IMG/VR virus record: IMGVR_UViG_3300029305_001083
Reading direction: 5' to 3' (one strand)
Source of the DNA: an uncultured virus (IMG/VR IMGVR_UViG_3300029305_001083)
Lineage: Duplodnaviria; Heunggongvirae; Uroviricota; Caudoviricetes
DNA length: 64,000 nucleotides
In this document: one piece after another, positions 53,528 to 64,000 of the stretch
Numbering within the stretch: the first letter of the stretch is position 1
Layout: every line of letters begins with the position of its first letter
The notes under the pieces: model-generated
Database searches by the model: none
What the model saw: the letters and a program-made list of their open reading frames with translations, nothing else
Told to the model about the DNA's origin: nothing
Program-made: the position numbers and the translations under genes

Positions 53528-56500
53528 GTTCCATTGACAAAAGAATAGTTCAGATGCAATTCGATAATCAGGGATTTGAACGCGGAGTAAAGGCGACACA
53601 AAAATCTCTAGAAAGTCTGAATGAAAGTCTCAAAATGAAAGGAGCCACAAACGGCCTTAGTGATGTTAATAGCGGTATAAATAAGTTGACTTCACTGGGT
53701 ATTGGTGCCTTATCTTCGGGTGTTGACACAGTATCAAGTAAATTCAACGCTCTTGGTATTATCGCCGCCACAGCCTTGATGAATATTACAAACAGGGCGA
53801 TTGAAACGGGTAGACGAGTTACCAACATGTTAACCATGGAACCTATAACTGGCGGATTTAGTGAGTACGAAACTAAAATGAATGCCATCCAGACAATCTT
53901 AACAAATACCGCTAGTAAAGGTACAACAATGGATGATGTGACAGCGGGGTTGGCTGAATTAAATAAATACGCAGACCAAACTATATATAATTTCGCCGAT
54001 ATGACTAAAAATATTGGTACATTCACTGCAGCCGGTATCGATCTAGACACATCTATATCCGCAATTAAAGGTATAGCTAACTTAGCTGCGGGTTCCGGTT
54101 CTAGCGCACAGCAAGCATCTACCGCGATGTATCAATTATCGCAAGCTTTAGCAGCCGGTAAAGTAAGTTTGATGGATTGGAACTCGGTCGTTAATGCTGG
54201 TATGGGTGGAGAATTATTCCAAAACGCATTAATAGAAACGGCTAATGCGATGGGTATTGTTGTCGATAAAGGAAAACCGTTCAGGGAAACATTGCAGGAT
54301 GGATGGTTAACTGCTGAGGTTCTAACTAAAACATTGGAGCAATTCGCTGAAGATGAAAGTTTAATCAAAGCTGCCACAGAAGTAAAAACATTTACCCAAT
54401 TAGTGGATACCATGAAAGAATCCGTATCTTCTGGATGGGCTACTTCATGGGAACACATAATCGGGGATAAAGAACAAGCGGCGGAATTCTTCACTTCGAT
54501 AAGTGATGGGTTTAATTCCATCATGCAACCATCGACGGATGCTCGAAATTCCATGCTTAAGTTTTGGAATGAACACGGTGGACGCGCTGCGATTATAGAA
54601 GGCTTAACGAATATCGTGGAAAGTTTTGGTAAAGTATTACGAGGTATCGGAATGGCGTGGGATATGGTATTTCCACCGATGACCGGACAAAAGCTCGTTG
54701 ACCTTTCTAATAAATTTAAAGACTTAACGGAAAAATTCAAAATAACCGATCAAACAGCCGGTAAGATAGGACGAGTGTTTAAAGGTTTCTTTGATACCAT
54801 AGTTATGGTTAAAGATGGTGTTGTGAGTTTTGTTAAGGCGATGTTTCCTATTAAAGACGTATTTAAGGGATTTGGCGCTGGTGCTCTAGACGCCGCAGCC
54901 GAGGTCGGTGGATTCTTTAGTAATCTGAGCGAAACAATCGCTAAAAAGGGATATTTCGAAACTATCGCTTCCGGTGTAACCACGGCTTCAACGAAAATAG
55001 CGGGATTCATGTTAAATATTAAAAGTGGTATGAGTACCGCATGGGGTTATATATCGAGTATGGATTTCGAAGGATTCTTTGAAAGTATCAAAAACGGATT
55101 TGATGGTGTTCTTGAGTTTTTTAAACCCATGGTGGATAGTATAGCCAACGTTATAGGTACTATTAATTTCGATACGTTATTCGGTCTAGTTAAAGCAGGA
55201 TCGGCAATAGAGATTGTTAAAGCCTTAAAAGGTATGTTCGCTGAGATCGAGGGTGTTGGGGAATCGGCTAAAGGTATTTTTGGATCGATAAAAGAGCTTG
55301 GTAGTGGTATCGCCGAAACTCTATCGTCCGTAAGAGAAACATTAGAAGAGTATCAGAAAAATCTACAAGCTGATACATTGATTAAAATTGCCGGAGCGAT
55401 AGCAATTTTAGCAGCATCTTTATTATTGATATCCACTCTTGACGCTAAACAAATTACAACCGGCCTATTAGGTTTAATGGGAATTGTTCTAGAACTCGTC
55501 GGTGCATTCTTATTGGTTGCTAAATTTGGTACCGGTAAAGGTATGTTGGCGATGGCAACAATTGGTGATACTATGAGAAATATAGCCATCGGTATTGGTA
55601 TATTAGCGTTAGCGTTGAAAGCCCTATCAACTTTATCGCCAGAACAATTAGTTACAGGTATTCTCGGTTTAACCGTCGCTATGACTACAATGGTTATAGC
55701 TGCGAGATTAATTAGCGGGCATACAAAAGGTTTGATACGCGGATCGATAGGTCTTACTATATTCGCTGGGGCGCTACACGTTATGGCTAGTGCGTTAGAA
55801 GCACTCGGTTCTATAGACCCCGAAGTATTAGGTTCAGGATTAGTTGCTTTGGGAATATTATTAGGTGAATTAGCTATATTTATGATTGGAGCAAAATTTG
55901 GGTCGCTCGGTATGACATCCGCAATCGGAATATTGATATTATCACATGCGTTATTGGTACTTAAAGACGCTGTTGATGGATTTGGAAAAATGAATCCCGA
56001 ACAAATCGTAAAAGGATTGGCTGGTATAGCCGGTATATTAACAGAGATAGCTTTATTCTCGGCGTTTGCCGGGGGAGGTCTAAACATGGTGGTCTTAGGT
56101 GTCGGTATGATGGCACTCGGCGAAGCAATGAAATCGCTTGCGGTTGTTATGGGATATTTTGGTACCATGGATTGGGGTGATATAGGTAAGGGTCTAGTTA
56201 CTATGGCCGGATCACTACTGATACTAGGGACTTCTTCAAAACTTATATCTGGAATAAAAATGACGGTTGTTGCTATGGGTATAGCGGCAATGTCTGCGGC
56301 ATTAATGTTATTGGCTGAAGTAATAAAATCAATGGGTGGTATGAAAGTAGAAGAAATACAACTCGGATTAGTCACGTTGGCTGGATCTCTAGCCATCTTA
56401 GCAATTGCCATGGCGGCTATGTCTAGTTGTTTACTTGGTGCAGCGGCATTGGTAGTGGTTGCTGGAGCATTAGCAATATTAACACCTCAACTTATAATAA

Positions 56501-58014
56501 TGTCACAAATGAGTCTAGAGGGTGTTGGTATAGCATTATTAGCACTAGCCGGGGCATTCACGGTATTAGGTTTAGCCGGCTTAATATTAACACCGGTGGT
56601 TCCAACATTAATTGGATTAGCCGGAGCAATAGCTTTACTCGGACTTGGTGCCGTAGCGTGTGGCGCAGGTTTAACGATGATTGGTACTGGATTAGCTGCA
56701 ATAGGTGTCGCTATCGGTGGTTCAGGATTATTGATTATCGAGTTCCTTAAACAGGCGATTAATTTATTACCACAATTAGGGACTAAACTGGGAGAAATGT
56801 TTGTTAATATGGCTGTAGCTATCGGTAATAGTGCATCGGCAATATTAACTGCTTTGGAGCAAATATTAATGGCTTTATTACAAGCAATTCAAAATGTAAT
56901 ACCGAAAGTAATAGAGGTAGCGGTTGATATTGTAGTGGCTTTAGCCGAAGGCTTAGCTCGAGGGGTTCCAGCTGTAGTTACAGCAGCGATGGAGTTAATA
57001 AAAGGTGTCCTACAGGGTATCGCGGCTAATATCGAAGATATTGTGGTAGCTGGTATGGAGTGCGTAATCGGATTCATGGATGGTATAGCCTCTCGAATAG
57101 GAGACGTTATTCAGTCAGGTATCGAATTAGCCCTAAGCTTCATTGAGGGTGTTGCTGACGGTTTAACTAACAACAAAGAACGCATAGGGGAAGCCGTTAG
57201 AAAAGTAATAAAAGCGATGCTAACAACAGGTGTTGAGGTGATAAAAGGTGGTTTAACCGGATTCCTTCAAGGAGGTAAAGAATTACTTGGTGGTTTAGTT
57301 GACGGTATCAAAGCTAAATGGCCCGCAGTCAAAGAAGCCGTTAAAAGCGCTATCGATAAAGCAAAGGGAGCAGTAGCTAACGCGGGAAGTAAACTATTAC
57401 AAGCAGGTAAAGACTTAATTCAAGGATTCATCAATGGTATTGCTTCAAAAGCTTGGGCTGTAATTTCCAAAGCGACCGAAGTTGTTGGTGGAGCAGTGGA
57501 AGCCGTTAAAAACTTCTTGGGTATTAACTCGCCATCAAGAGTATTTATGGAAATAGGTAAATATACCGCACAAGGTATGTCTATTGGTTTGGATAAATAT
57601 GCGTATATGGCTGAAGATTCGGCATCCGGATTAGCTGAAAATGTTGTAAATAATGTTAAAAACCCATTATCCAATATAGCTAAATTAGTCGATGGAGATA
57701 TAGATATTAATCCAACCATCACACCGGTAATGGATTTATCGAATGTTGAACAAGGGGCACGTCGTCTAAGTGATATGATCGGTAATCAAGATGTTAGAAT
57801 AAATGCTAGAACTGGAATGCTTGCGGGAAGTGTTGGTAAAATTCAAAATGGAAAAGATAACAGCGATGTTATCTCGGCAATAAAAGATTTAAAAGAAGGT
57901 TTAAGTAATAGCACGTCATATAATATTAACGGTATAACATATGATGATGGAAGTAATATAACAAACGCCGTCGAAACATTAGTTAGAGCGGCTAGAATAG
58001 AAAGGAGGATATAG
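53524..58014 (+). CDS. tape measure protein
   Basis: 1496 aa, Ala/Gly-rich helical repeats, YQLSQALAAG, LGINSPSRVF. Confidence 0.92.
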   Translation: MSSIDKRIVQMQFDNQGFERGVKATQKSLESLNESLKMKGATNGLSDVNSGINKLTSLGIGALSSGVDTVSSKFNALGIIAATALMNITNRAIETGRRVTNMLTMEPITGGFSEYETKMNAIQTILTNTASKGTTMDDVTAGLAELNKYADQTIYNFADMTKNIGTFTAAGIDLDTSISAIKGIANLAAGSGSSAQQASTAMYQLSQALAAGKVSLMDWNSVVNAGMGGELFQNALIETANAMGIVVDKGKPFRETLQDGWLTAEVLTKTLEQFAEDESLIKAATEVKTFTQLVDTMKESVSSGWATSWEHIIGDKEQAAEFFTSISDGFNSIMQPSTDARNSMLKFWNEHGGRAAIIEGLTNIVESFGKVLRGIGMAWDMVFPPMTGQKLVDLSNKFKDLTEKFKITDQTAGKIGRVFKGFFDTIVMVKDGVVSFVKAMFPIKDVFKGFGAGALDAAAEVGGFFSNLSETIAKKGYFETIASGVTTASTKIAGFMLNIKSGMSTAWGYISSMDFEGFFESIKNGFDGVLEFFKPMVDSIANVIGTINFDTLFGLVKAGSAIEIVKALKGMFAEIEGVGESAKGIFGSIKELGSGIAETLSSVRETLEEYQKNLQADTLIKIAGAIAILAASLLLISTLDAKQITTGLLGLMGIVLELVGAFLLVAKFGTGKGMLAMATIGDTMRNIAIGIGILALALKALSTLSPEQLVTGILGLTVAMTTMVIAARLISGHTKGLIRGSIGLTIFAGALHVMASALEALGSIDPEVLGSGLVALGILLGELAIFMIGAKFGSLGMTSAIGILILSHALLVLKDAVDGFGKMNPEQIVKGLAGIAGILTEIALFSAFAGGGLNMVVLGVGMMALGEAMKSLAVVMGYFGTMDWGDIGKGLVTMAGSLLILGTSSKLISGIKMTVVAMGIAAMSAALMLLAEVIKSMGGMKVEEIQLGLVTLAGSLAILAIAMAAMSSCLLGAAALVVVAGALAILTPQLIIMSQMSLEGVGIALLALAGAFTVLGLAGLILTPVVPTLIGLAGAIALLGLGAVACGAGLTMIGTGLAAIGVAIGGSGLLIIEFLKQAINLLPQLGTKLGEMFVNMAVAIGNSASAILTALEQILMALLQAIQNVIPKVIEVAVDIVVALAEGLARGVPAVVTAAMELIKGVLQGIAANIEDIVVAGMECVIGFMDGIASRIGDVIQSGIELALSFIEGVADGLTNNKERIGEAVRKVIKAMLTTGVEVIKGGLTGFLQGGKELLGGLVDGIKAKWPAVKEAVKSAIDKAKGAVANAGSKLLQAGKDLIQGFINGIASKAWAVISKATEVVGGAVEAVKNFLGINSPSRVFMEIGKYTAQGMSIGLDKYAYMAEDSASGLAENVVNNVKNPLSNIAKLVDGDIDINPTITPVMDLSNVEQGARRLSDMIGNQDVRINARTGMLAGSVGKIQNGKDNSDVISAIKDLKEGLSNSTSYNINGITYDDGSNITNAVETLVRAARIERRI

Positions 58015-60300
58015 ATGGCAAAGGCAACGATAACGCAGATAGGATTACAAACTGGAACAACCAGAACCGTTTTTGCTACTTGGACGTGGACGAAACGAGA
58101 TCAAACCGATAAATACGATGTTCGCTGGTATTATGGTACAGGAGACGGGATTCGTTTCATAGGTAATCAAGAGCAGGTTGAAATAACAAATGCGCAGCTT
58201 CAAAGTACATATACTCCGCCCGAAAACGCATATGTTGTTAAACTCCAAGTTAAGCCTATCGCTAAAACACGTAAGGTTAACGATAAAGACATAGCATATT
58301 GGACGGCTGAATGGTCGACCGAAGCGGTTTATTATTTTAGTAATAACCCACCAACCACGCCGGGGATACCAAATGTAGTGATAGACGACTATACACTTAC
58401 TACTTCTTTGGAAAATCTAAACGTTGGTGGGAATCAGATACAATTTCAAGTTGTAAAAGACGATTCCACTATATTTAATAGCGGAATAGCGAATATAGTA
58501 ACATCCTCGGCGTCTTATTCGTGTTCGGTTACACCAGGTTCAAAATATAAGGTTAGATGTAGAGCCAAGAAAAACGATATGTATAGCGGATGGACTGAGT
58601 ATTCGGCTAATGTGGATACCATCCCAGCAACACCAAAAGAAATAACATCTTGTCATGCTATAAGTGATACAGCAGTGTTTATGAGTTGGTCTTCTATATC
58701 TTCTTCCACATCATATGATATAGAATATGCCACGAATCCGGATTATCTCGGAAATTCAAACGCATCCACGACGATAAATAATATTACAAATTCACAATAT
58801 ACGATTACTGGATTGACTACTGGACAAAAATATTATTTTAGAGTTAGAGCGGTAAATGAAAAAGGCGAGTCGGCTTGGAGTAATTCTTCAAGTGTTATCA
58901 TTGGGACAAAACCTGTTGCACCCACTACGTGGTCTTCGACAACTACTGCTACGATTGGAGAGCAAGTGGTATTATATTGGATACATAATACCGAAGACGG
59001 TTCAAGTGAACATTATGCCGAGGTAGAGATGTATGTGAACGGTACGAAATATACTTATACTGTAAAAAACGAAAATAAAGACGAAGAGAAAAATAGTTTC
59101 TATACTGTAAATACGTCTAGATATTCCGACGGGGCAACTATTAATTGGCGAGTTAGAACCGCAGGTATAACCTTGAATTATGGTGAATGGTCTATACAAA
59201 GAACTGTAAATATTTACGCCCCAGCAACACTAGAATTACATATAACAGATAAAAGTGGTGATGACGTGTATGAAATAACATCATTCCCATTTTTCATTAA
59301 AGGTATAGCTGGTCCAGATAACCAAACGGTAATCGGTTATCATGTCTCCATAACATCTAATTCGTCTTATGAAACCATCGATGAGATGGGAAACGTCAAA
59401 ATGATTAATGCTGGTGATGAGGTATATTCTAAATTTTACGATGTAAAACAAGAATTGATTTTAGAATTAACGGCCGGAAGTATAGATTTGGAGAATAATA
59501 TCAAATATACAGTAAATTGTATATCCACAATGGATACCGGCATAGCTGCTCAAGAATCTCGAACATTCATGGTTGCGTGGTCGGAAAACACATATGAACC
59601 CAACGCTGAAATAGGATACGATCCCGAAACATTATCGGCATATATCCGCCCATATTGCGAAGATATAAATGGCAATTTAATCGGTGATATAACTTTGTCG
59701 GTTTATAGACGTCAATACGATGGGGGTTTTATTGAAATCGGTAAGGGTCTAACTAATACGAATTCCACTTTTGTTACAGACCCACATCCATCACTGGATT
59801 ATGGACGCTACAGAATTGTGGCTGTAGATAATACAACAGGGAGCGTGAGTTATTCGGATATCCCTGGGTATCCAATTGGTGAAAAAGCAATAATTATTCA
59901 ATGGGGCGAGAAATGGATTAATTTTGACGACCTAGGTGAGCTACCACAAGAACCCCCAGCATGGTCGGGTTCAATGTTAAAACTACCTTACAATATAGAC
60001 GTGTCTGACAGTAACTCGGCGGATGTATCATTCATCGAATATATAGGGCGTTCTCATCCTGTTAGTTACTACGGCACACAATTGGGGTCAACATCAACAT
60101 GGAAGGTCGACATCGATAAAAAAGATAAAAAAACATTATATTCTTTAAGACGTCTCGCGACATGGATGGGGGATGTTTATGTTCGTGAACCATCCGGAAG
60201 TGGTTATTGGGCCAACATATCCGTATCATTCGACCAAACACATAGAGAATTAGTCATACCTGTAACATTGAATATTACAAGAGTAGAAGGTGGTATATAA
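58015..60300 (+). CDS. minor tail (distal tail-like) protein with fibronectin type III domains
   Basis: YTITGLTTGQKYYFRVRAVN..GES.WS. Confidence 0.75.
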   Translation: MAKATITQIGLQTGTTRTVFATWTWTKRDQTDKYDVRWYYGTGDGIRFIGNQEQVEITNAQLQSTYTPPENAYVVKLQVKPIAKTRKVNDKDIAYWTAEWSTEAVYYFSNNPPTTPGIPNVVIDDYTLTTSLENLNVGGNQIQFQVVKDDSTIFNSGIANIVTSSASYSCSVTPGSKYKVRCRAKKNDMYSGWTEYSANVDTIPATPKEITSCHAISDTAVFMSWSSISSSTSYDIEYATNPDYLGNSNASTTINNITNSQYTITGLTTGQKYYFRVRAVNEKGESAWSNSSSVIIGTKPVAPTTWSSTTTATIGEQVVLYWIHNTEDGSSEHYAEVEMYVNGTKYTYTVKNENKDEEKNSFYTVNTSRYSDGATINWRVRTAGITLNYGEWSIQRTVNIYAPATLELHITDKSGDDVYEITSFPFFIKGIAGPDNQTVIGYHVSITSNSSYETIDEMGNVKMINAGDEVYSKFYDVKQELILELTAGSIDLENNIKYTVNCISTMDTGIAAQESRTFMVAWSENTYEPNAEIGYDPETLSAYIRPYCEDINGNLIGDITLSVYRRQYDGGFIEIGKGLTNTNSTFVTDPHPSLDYGRYRIVAVDNTTGSVSYSDIPGYPIGEKAIIIQWGEKWINFDDLGELPQEPPAWSGSMLKLPYNIDVSDSNSADVSFIEYIGRSHPVSYYGTQLGSTSTWKVDIDKKDKKTLYSLRRLATWMGDVYVREPSGSGYWANISVSFDQTHRELVIPVTLNITRVEGGI

Positions 60301-61358
60301 TGCCTAATTGGTTATCTTCAATGCAACAAACGTTCGAATATTATATTGTTGATCCGGGAACATGGAAAGATATAAAAAAAATCGATAATATAACAGACAG
60401 TACAATAAATAGAGATTTAGAAGCAGAGACACTTGGTTCGGCATCAATCACAATTACAGAGTCGCTAGGTGAATGTTATATACGCGTTTACCTTATAACG
60501 ATTCAAAATGGAATTAGAGAAAAGCATCCGTTAGGTACTTTCTTGGTACAGACTCCATCGTATAGCTTTGATGGGAAGATTAAAAACATAACGATGGATG
60601 CATACACCCCTCTTTTAGAACTTAAAGAGAACCCAACACCGCTTGGGTACTCTATTCTAAAAGGTGAAAATATATTAGATATCTCTTATAGAATAGTAAG
60701 AGAGCGATTAAGAGCTCCGGTTGTAAAAACCGAAAACGAGGATATCCTTAATGTGAATTTCATCGCAAATATTGATGATACATGGATCACATTCATACGT
60801 GATTTATTGGGAAATGCTAAGCATTCTTTATATTTAGATGAAATGGGTCGTGTGTTATTCACACCAGAACAAGACACGGCGTCATTACAACCCGTGTGGT
60901 CATATGACGACTCGAATAGTTCCATATTATACCCTCAGTTAGATATAGATCACGATTTATATGGCATACCAAATGTTGTGGAGGTTGTATATTCTAATGG
61001 ACTCGAGTATTATTACGGTAGAGCGGTAAATAATGACCCCGCGAGTCCTATATCTGTGGTCAATAGAGGGCGTGAGATAACACATCGCGAGAATAATCCC
61101 AATTTACTAGGTAACCCAAGCAAAGAAGAAGTACAAGCCTATGCTGAGCGAACACTTCGCGAGTTATCCGCGTTGGAATACACAATAACTTATACACATG
61201 GATATTGTCCTGTTAGAATAGGAGATTGTGTACGGTTGAATTATTCTAGAGCGGGATTACATGGTGTAAAAGCGAAAGTAATTAGTCAAAGTATTAAATG
61301 TGAACCCGGGTGTCCGGTAACAGAGAAAGCCGTATTTACATCAGAATTATGGAGGTGA
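60300..61358 (+). CDS. minor tail/baseplate hub protein
   Basis: Position; PLGTF, IPNVVEV, GREI, P.RIGDCV. Confidence 0.65.
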   Translation: MPNWLSSMQQTFEYYIVDPGTWKDIKKIDNITDSTINRDLEAETLGSASITITESLGECYIRVYLITIQNGIREKHPLGTFLVQTPSYSFDGKIKNITMDAYTPLLELKENPTPLGYSILKGENILDISYRIVRERLRAPVVKTENEDILNVNFIANIDDTWITFIRDLLGNAKHSLYLDEMGRVLFTPEQDTASLQPVWSYDDSNSSILYPQLDIDHDLYGIPNVVEVVYSNGLEYYYGRAVNNDPASPISVVNRGREITHRENNPNLLGNPSKEEVQAYAERTLRELSALEYTITYTHGYCPVRIGDCVRLNYSRAGLHGVKAKVISQSIKCEPGCPVTEKAVFTSELWR

Positions 61359-61362
61359 TTAA

Positions 61363-64000
61363 ATGAGCCTATCAAACGAATTAATATCAAAATTTGTCAA
61401 AATAACCAATGATTTCAATAGAGACGAACCAAAAGAAGGAACTGTATATGGTACAGCGGTTGAGTATGAAGGTGAAATATATGTAAAAATAGACGGATCG
61501 GATTTATTAACCCCTATAGATACTACTGCGGATATCAAAGAGGGTGAACGCGTCACCGTAATGATTAAAAACCACAACGCGACCGTATCTGGTAATATTT
61601 CATCGCCTTCTGCTAGTAGTAATGATGTTAAAAAAGTAACACAAGATGTGGAATCAATCGGTAGTCAAATAACCGAATTCGAGATTATTGTGGCAGATAA
61701 AGTTAGCACGAAAGAATTGGATGCGGAAGTTGCACGAATAGATACACTCATTGCTGGAAAAGCTACCATAGAAGAATTAGAAGCCGTGGATGCTAAGATA
61801 AAAAATTTAGATGTTGAAGTATTGGAAGCTGTAAATGCTAAAATAGAGAACCTTGAAGCAAAAGATGCGCATATCGAAAATCTCGTAGCCGATAATTTAA
61901 AAGCTACTAATGCAGAAATAGAAATATTGGACGCTGAAGTTGCTGATATAAAAACGCTGGTTAACGGTAATTTAACAAGCGATAATATTCTCTCGTTTCA
62001 TATAACAGCGGATAACGTGACGATGGACGATGCATTCATATCAGATGCCATGATTGCGAATGTTAGTGCTGGGAAAATAAGCTCGGGACACATAAATACT
62101 AATTTGGTAAATATTCAAAGCGAAGATGGAAGTATGTTGATAAACGGATCAACCCAACAATTCAAGGATGACGAAGGAAATGTACGTATACAGATAGGTA
62201 AAGATGAGAGTGGTGATTTCACTTTCATACTATATGGCGAGGATGGAAAAGGTCAAATATTAAATCAAAATGGTATAACTTCATCGGCTATAGCAGATGG
62301 TTTGATAGTTAATAGTATGGTTAGCGATAATGCCGCCATATCAGGCGGTAAGTTGGATATTTCAAGTGTTATAACGGAAATAAACGATGATAATAGCACA
62401 ACGATAAAATCTAATAAAATTTATTTGAATGACCAAAAACAATCACTCGAAGTGGCATTCAACAGTCTTAAGACTAAAGTTGACATGATCCAAGATGTAA
62501 CTATTGATGGCGATTTATCATCGGTTATAGCGCAAGTACAAACCAACACTACACAAATAAATGTTAATAAAGAGGGTATTAATGCTCTTGTGGCCGAGGA
62601 CAATATATTAAAAAAACAAATAACCGATTTAAACGGGGAAGTGTCGTCGGTTGAAGAAACATTGAGTTCTAAATATACATCCCTGGAACAAAATGTTAAT
62701 GGGTTTAAAACCTCGGTGGCCGATACATATGTATCGAAAGGAGAGTTTAAAGGACTTCAAATTGGTGGTAGAAATTTATTATTGGATACATCTACACCTA
62801 AGAGTATAGTTGGTAATAATGGTTCAAACCAAACCATGTTATTATATACTATATCCGACCCATCTAAAGTTACAGGTGATGTAACTTTCAGCTTCACATA
62901 TATTATAGATGGATATGAGAGCGGTGATATCAAAATACAAACCCGCCCAACACAGTATATGAATCTACTTGATCCTTCAATAAAACCCACCGAAGATGGC
63001 GTGTTCCACTATACCCATACCGCGACTATCAATCTTGGTACTATTAGTTTTAAGGAGATTCAAATTCGACTAGATAATTTCATCGGCAGTGTAACTATAT
63101 CCGAGATGAAGCTGGAACAAGGTGAAAAAGCAACAACCTGGACCCCAGCACCCGAAGACTTAGAGAAGGTAGTTGATGATCTAGATAGCAATCTAACAAG
63201 CAACTACTCAACTACATCAGCCATGAACTCGGCTATTAATCAAAAAGCGAATGAAATTACAAGTTCTGTAAGTAGTACTTACGCGACCAAAACGTCGGTT
63301 ACCAATCTAAGTAACAACCTTTCTAATAATTACTCAACCACATCAGCTATGAACTCGGCTATTAATCAAAAAGCGAATGAAATTACAAGTTCTGTAAGTA
63401 GTACTTATGCCACAAAAACATCGCTCAATAATCTAAGTAATGATCTTTCCAATCTATCTATAGGTAGCAGAAATCTGGTACGAGAGAAAAGTGGCTATAA
63501 ATATGGATATTTACGTTCGTCAACGGGTGATCAGGTCGATACCGGTAGTCTTAATGGAAATAAAGATGCCTACTCCACATTTTACATTCAAGTAAAAAAA
63601 GATGAGGAGTACACGCTTACCGCCTATGATAGCACTGAAAATATTACAGGGGCCATAACCTTACTTTTCTATGATGCGAATAAACAATGGATCTCATCAC
63701 ACCCAATACACCACGACGGGGTGAGTAGTATAACACCGAAGTCAAAAATTGTAAAGATGCCTAGTGATGGTTATATTAGATATTCGCGTAGGGGTTACGG
63801 ATTATTAAAGGTTAAATTAGAAAAAGGTAATAAAGCGACGGATTGGACCCCAGCACCCGAGGATATTCAAAGCGATATCGATGGTATAACTAATAATCTA
63901 TCCGTAAATTACTCAACTACGTCGGCCATGAACTCGGCTATTAATCAAAAAGCGAATGAAATTACAAGTTCTGTAAGTAGTACTTACGCGACCAAAACGT
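61363..64000 (+). CDS. N-terminal part of tail fibre/spike (runs off the window end and continues at base 1; not in ORF track)
   Basis: GGAGG SD, ATG 61363 (MSLSNELISKFVK...); coiled coil; two IG.RNL...KLE.G.KAT.WTPAPED modules. Confidence 0.85.
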   Translation, partial: MSLSNELISKFVKITNDFNRDEPKEGTVYGTAVEYEGEIYVKIDGSDLLTPIDTTADIKEGERVTVMIKNHNATVSGNISSPSASSNDVKKVTQDVESIGSQITEFEIIVADKVSTKELDAEVARIDTLIAGKATIEELEAVDAKIKNLDVEVLEAVNAKIENLEAKDAHIENLVADNLKATNAEIEILDAEVADIKTLVNGNLTSDNILSFHITADNVTMDDAFISDAMIANVSAGKISSGHINTNLVNIQSEDGSMLINGSTQQFKDDEGNVRIQIGKDESGDFTFILYGEDGKGQILNQNGITSSAIADGLIVNSMVSDNAAISGGKLDISSVITEINDDNSTTIKSNKIYLNDQKQSLEVAFNSLKTKVDMIQDVTIDGDLSSVIAQVQTNTTQINVNKEGINALVAEDNILKKQITDLNGEVSSVEETLSSKYTSLEQNVNGFKTSVADTYVSKGEFKGLQIGGRNLLLDTSTPKSIVGNNGSNQTMLLYTISDPSKVTGDVTFSFTYIIDGYESGDIKIQTRPTQYMNLLDPSIKPTEDGVFHYTHTATINLGTISFKEIQIRLDNFIGSVTISEMKLEQGEKATTWTPAPEDLEKVVDDLDSNLTSNYSTTSAMNSAINQKANEITSSVSSTYATKTSVTNLSNNLSNNYSTTSAMNSAINQKANEITSSVSSTYATKTSLNNLSNDLSNLSIGSRNLVREKSGYKYGYLRSSTGDQVDTGSLNGNKDAYSTFYIQVKKDEEYTLTAYDSTENITGAITLLFYDANKQWISSHPIHHDGVSSITPKSKIVKMPSDGYIRYSRRGYGLLKVKLEKGNKATDWTPAPEDIQSDIDGITNNLSVNYSTTSAMNSAINQKANEITSSVSSTYATKT
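63203..64000 (+). repeat. 126-bp (42-aa) stalk repeats and terminal overlap with window start
   Basis: 63247-63373 identical to 1-127; 63952-64000 identical to 1-49; further copy from 63373. Confidence 0.95.

Noticed and set aside
53568..57722. Long minus-strand ORFs (e.g. 55353-56411) and other minus-strand ORFs in the track
   Set aside because: Antisense shadows of biased + strand genes; no SD sites or recognisable motifs.
1..64000. Prophage/lysogeny module or stop-codon recoding
   Set aside because: No integrase, repressor or host flanks seen; genes are full length in the standard code with TAA, TAG and TGA all used as stops.

Overview
The window is an essentially complete ~63.95 kb genome of a tailed dsDNA phage with a long non-contractile tail. 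It is opened inside a repetitive tail-fibre gene: bases 63952-64000 repeat bases 1-49 in frame. All credible genes are on the + strand. No integrase, repressor, CRISPR array or reverse transcriptase is visible. The host is inferred to be a low-GC anaerobic Firmicute (nrdDG, amidase-SH3b endolysin, strong SD sites). From a probable cos site at ~42.1 kb the order is: packaging/head/tail genes (42.3-64.0 kb, continuing 1-14 kb, including a 2873-aa CotH-like/LRR/BspA-type protein), lysis (14-17.3 kb), small early genes, replication (helicase-primase-exonuclease plus a separate family-B polymerase domain), nucleotide metabolism (nrdD, nrdG, folD, ThyX-like, MazG-like), an iteron-like repeat cluster, two nucleases and a 948-aa protein. 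The main finding is a candidate self-contained transcription system. The 948-aa protein carries the ordered motifs of a single-subunit two-barrel RNA polymerase of the RdRP/YonO type, fused to several HTHs. It co-occurs with ten gapless copies of a 31-bp promoter-like motif in the non-structural half and a different 10-mer enriched in the structural half. The 31-bp motif heads mini-cassettes containing either a small ORF plus hairpin or tRNA-like RNAs, one of which splits the DNA polymerase gene. A shared L-x-H-(H/Y)-G leader on the polymerase and three head-region proteins suggests capsid packaging. All calls come from reading motifs by eye; no database searches were run.
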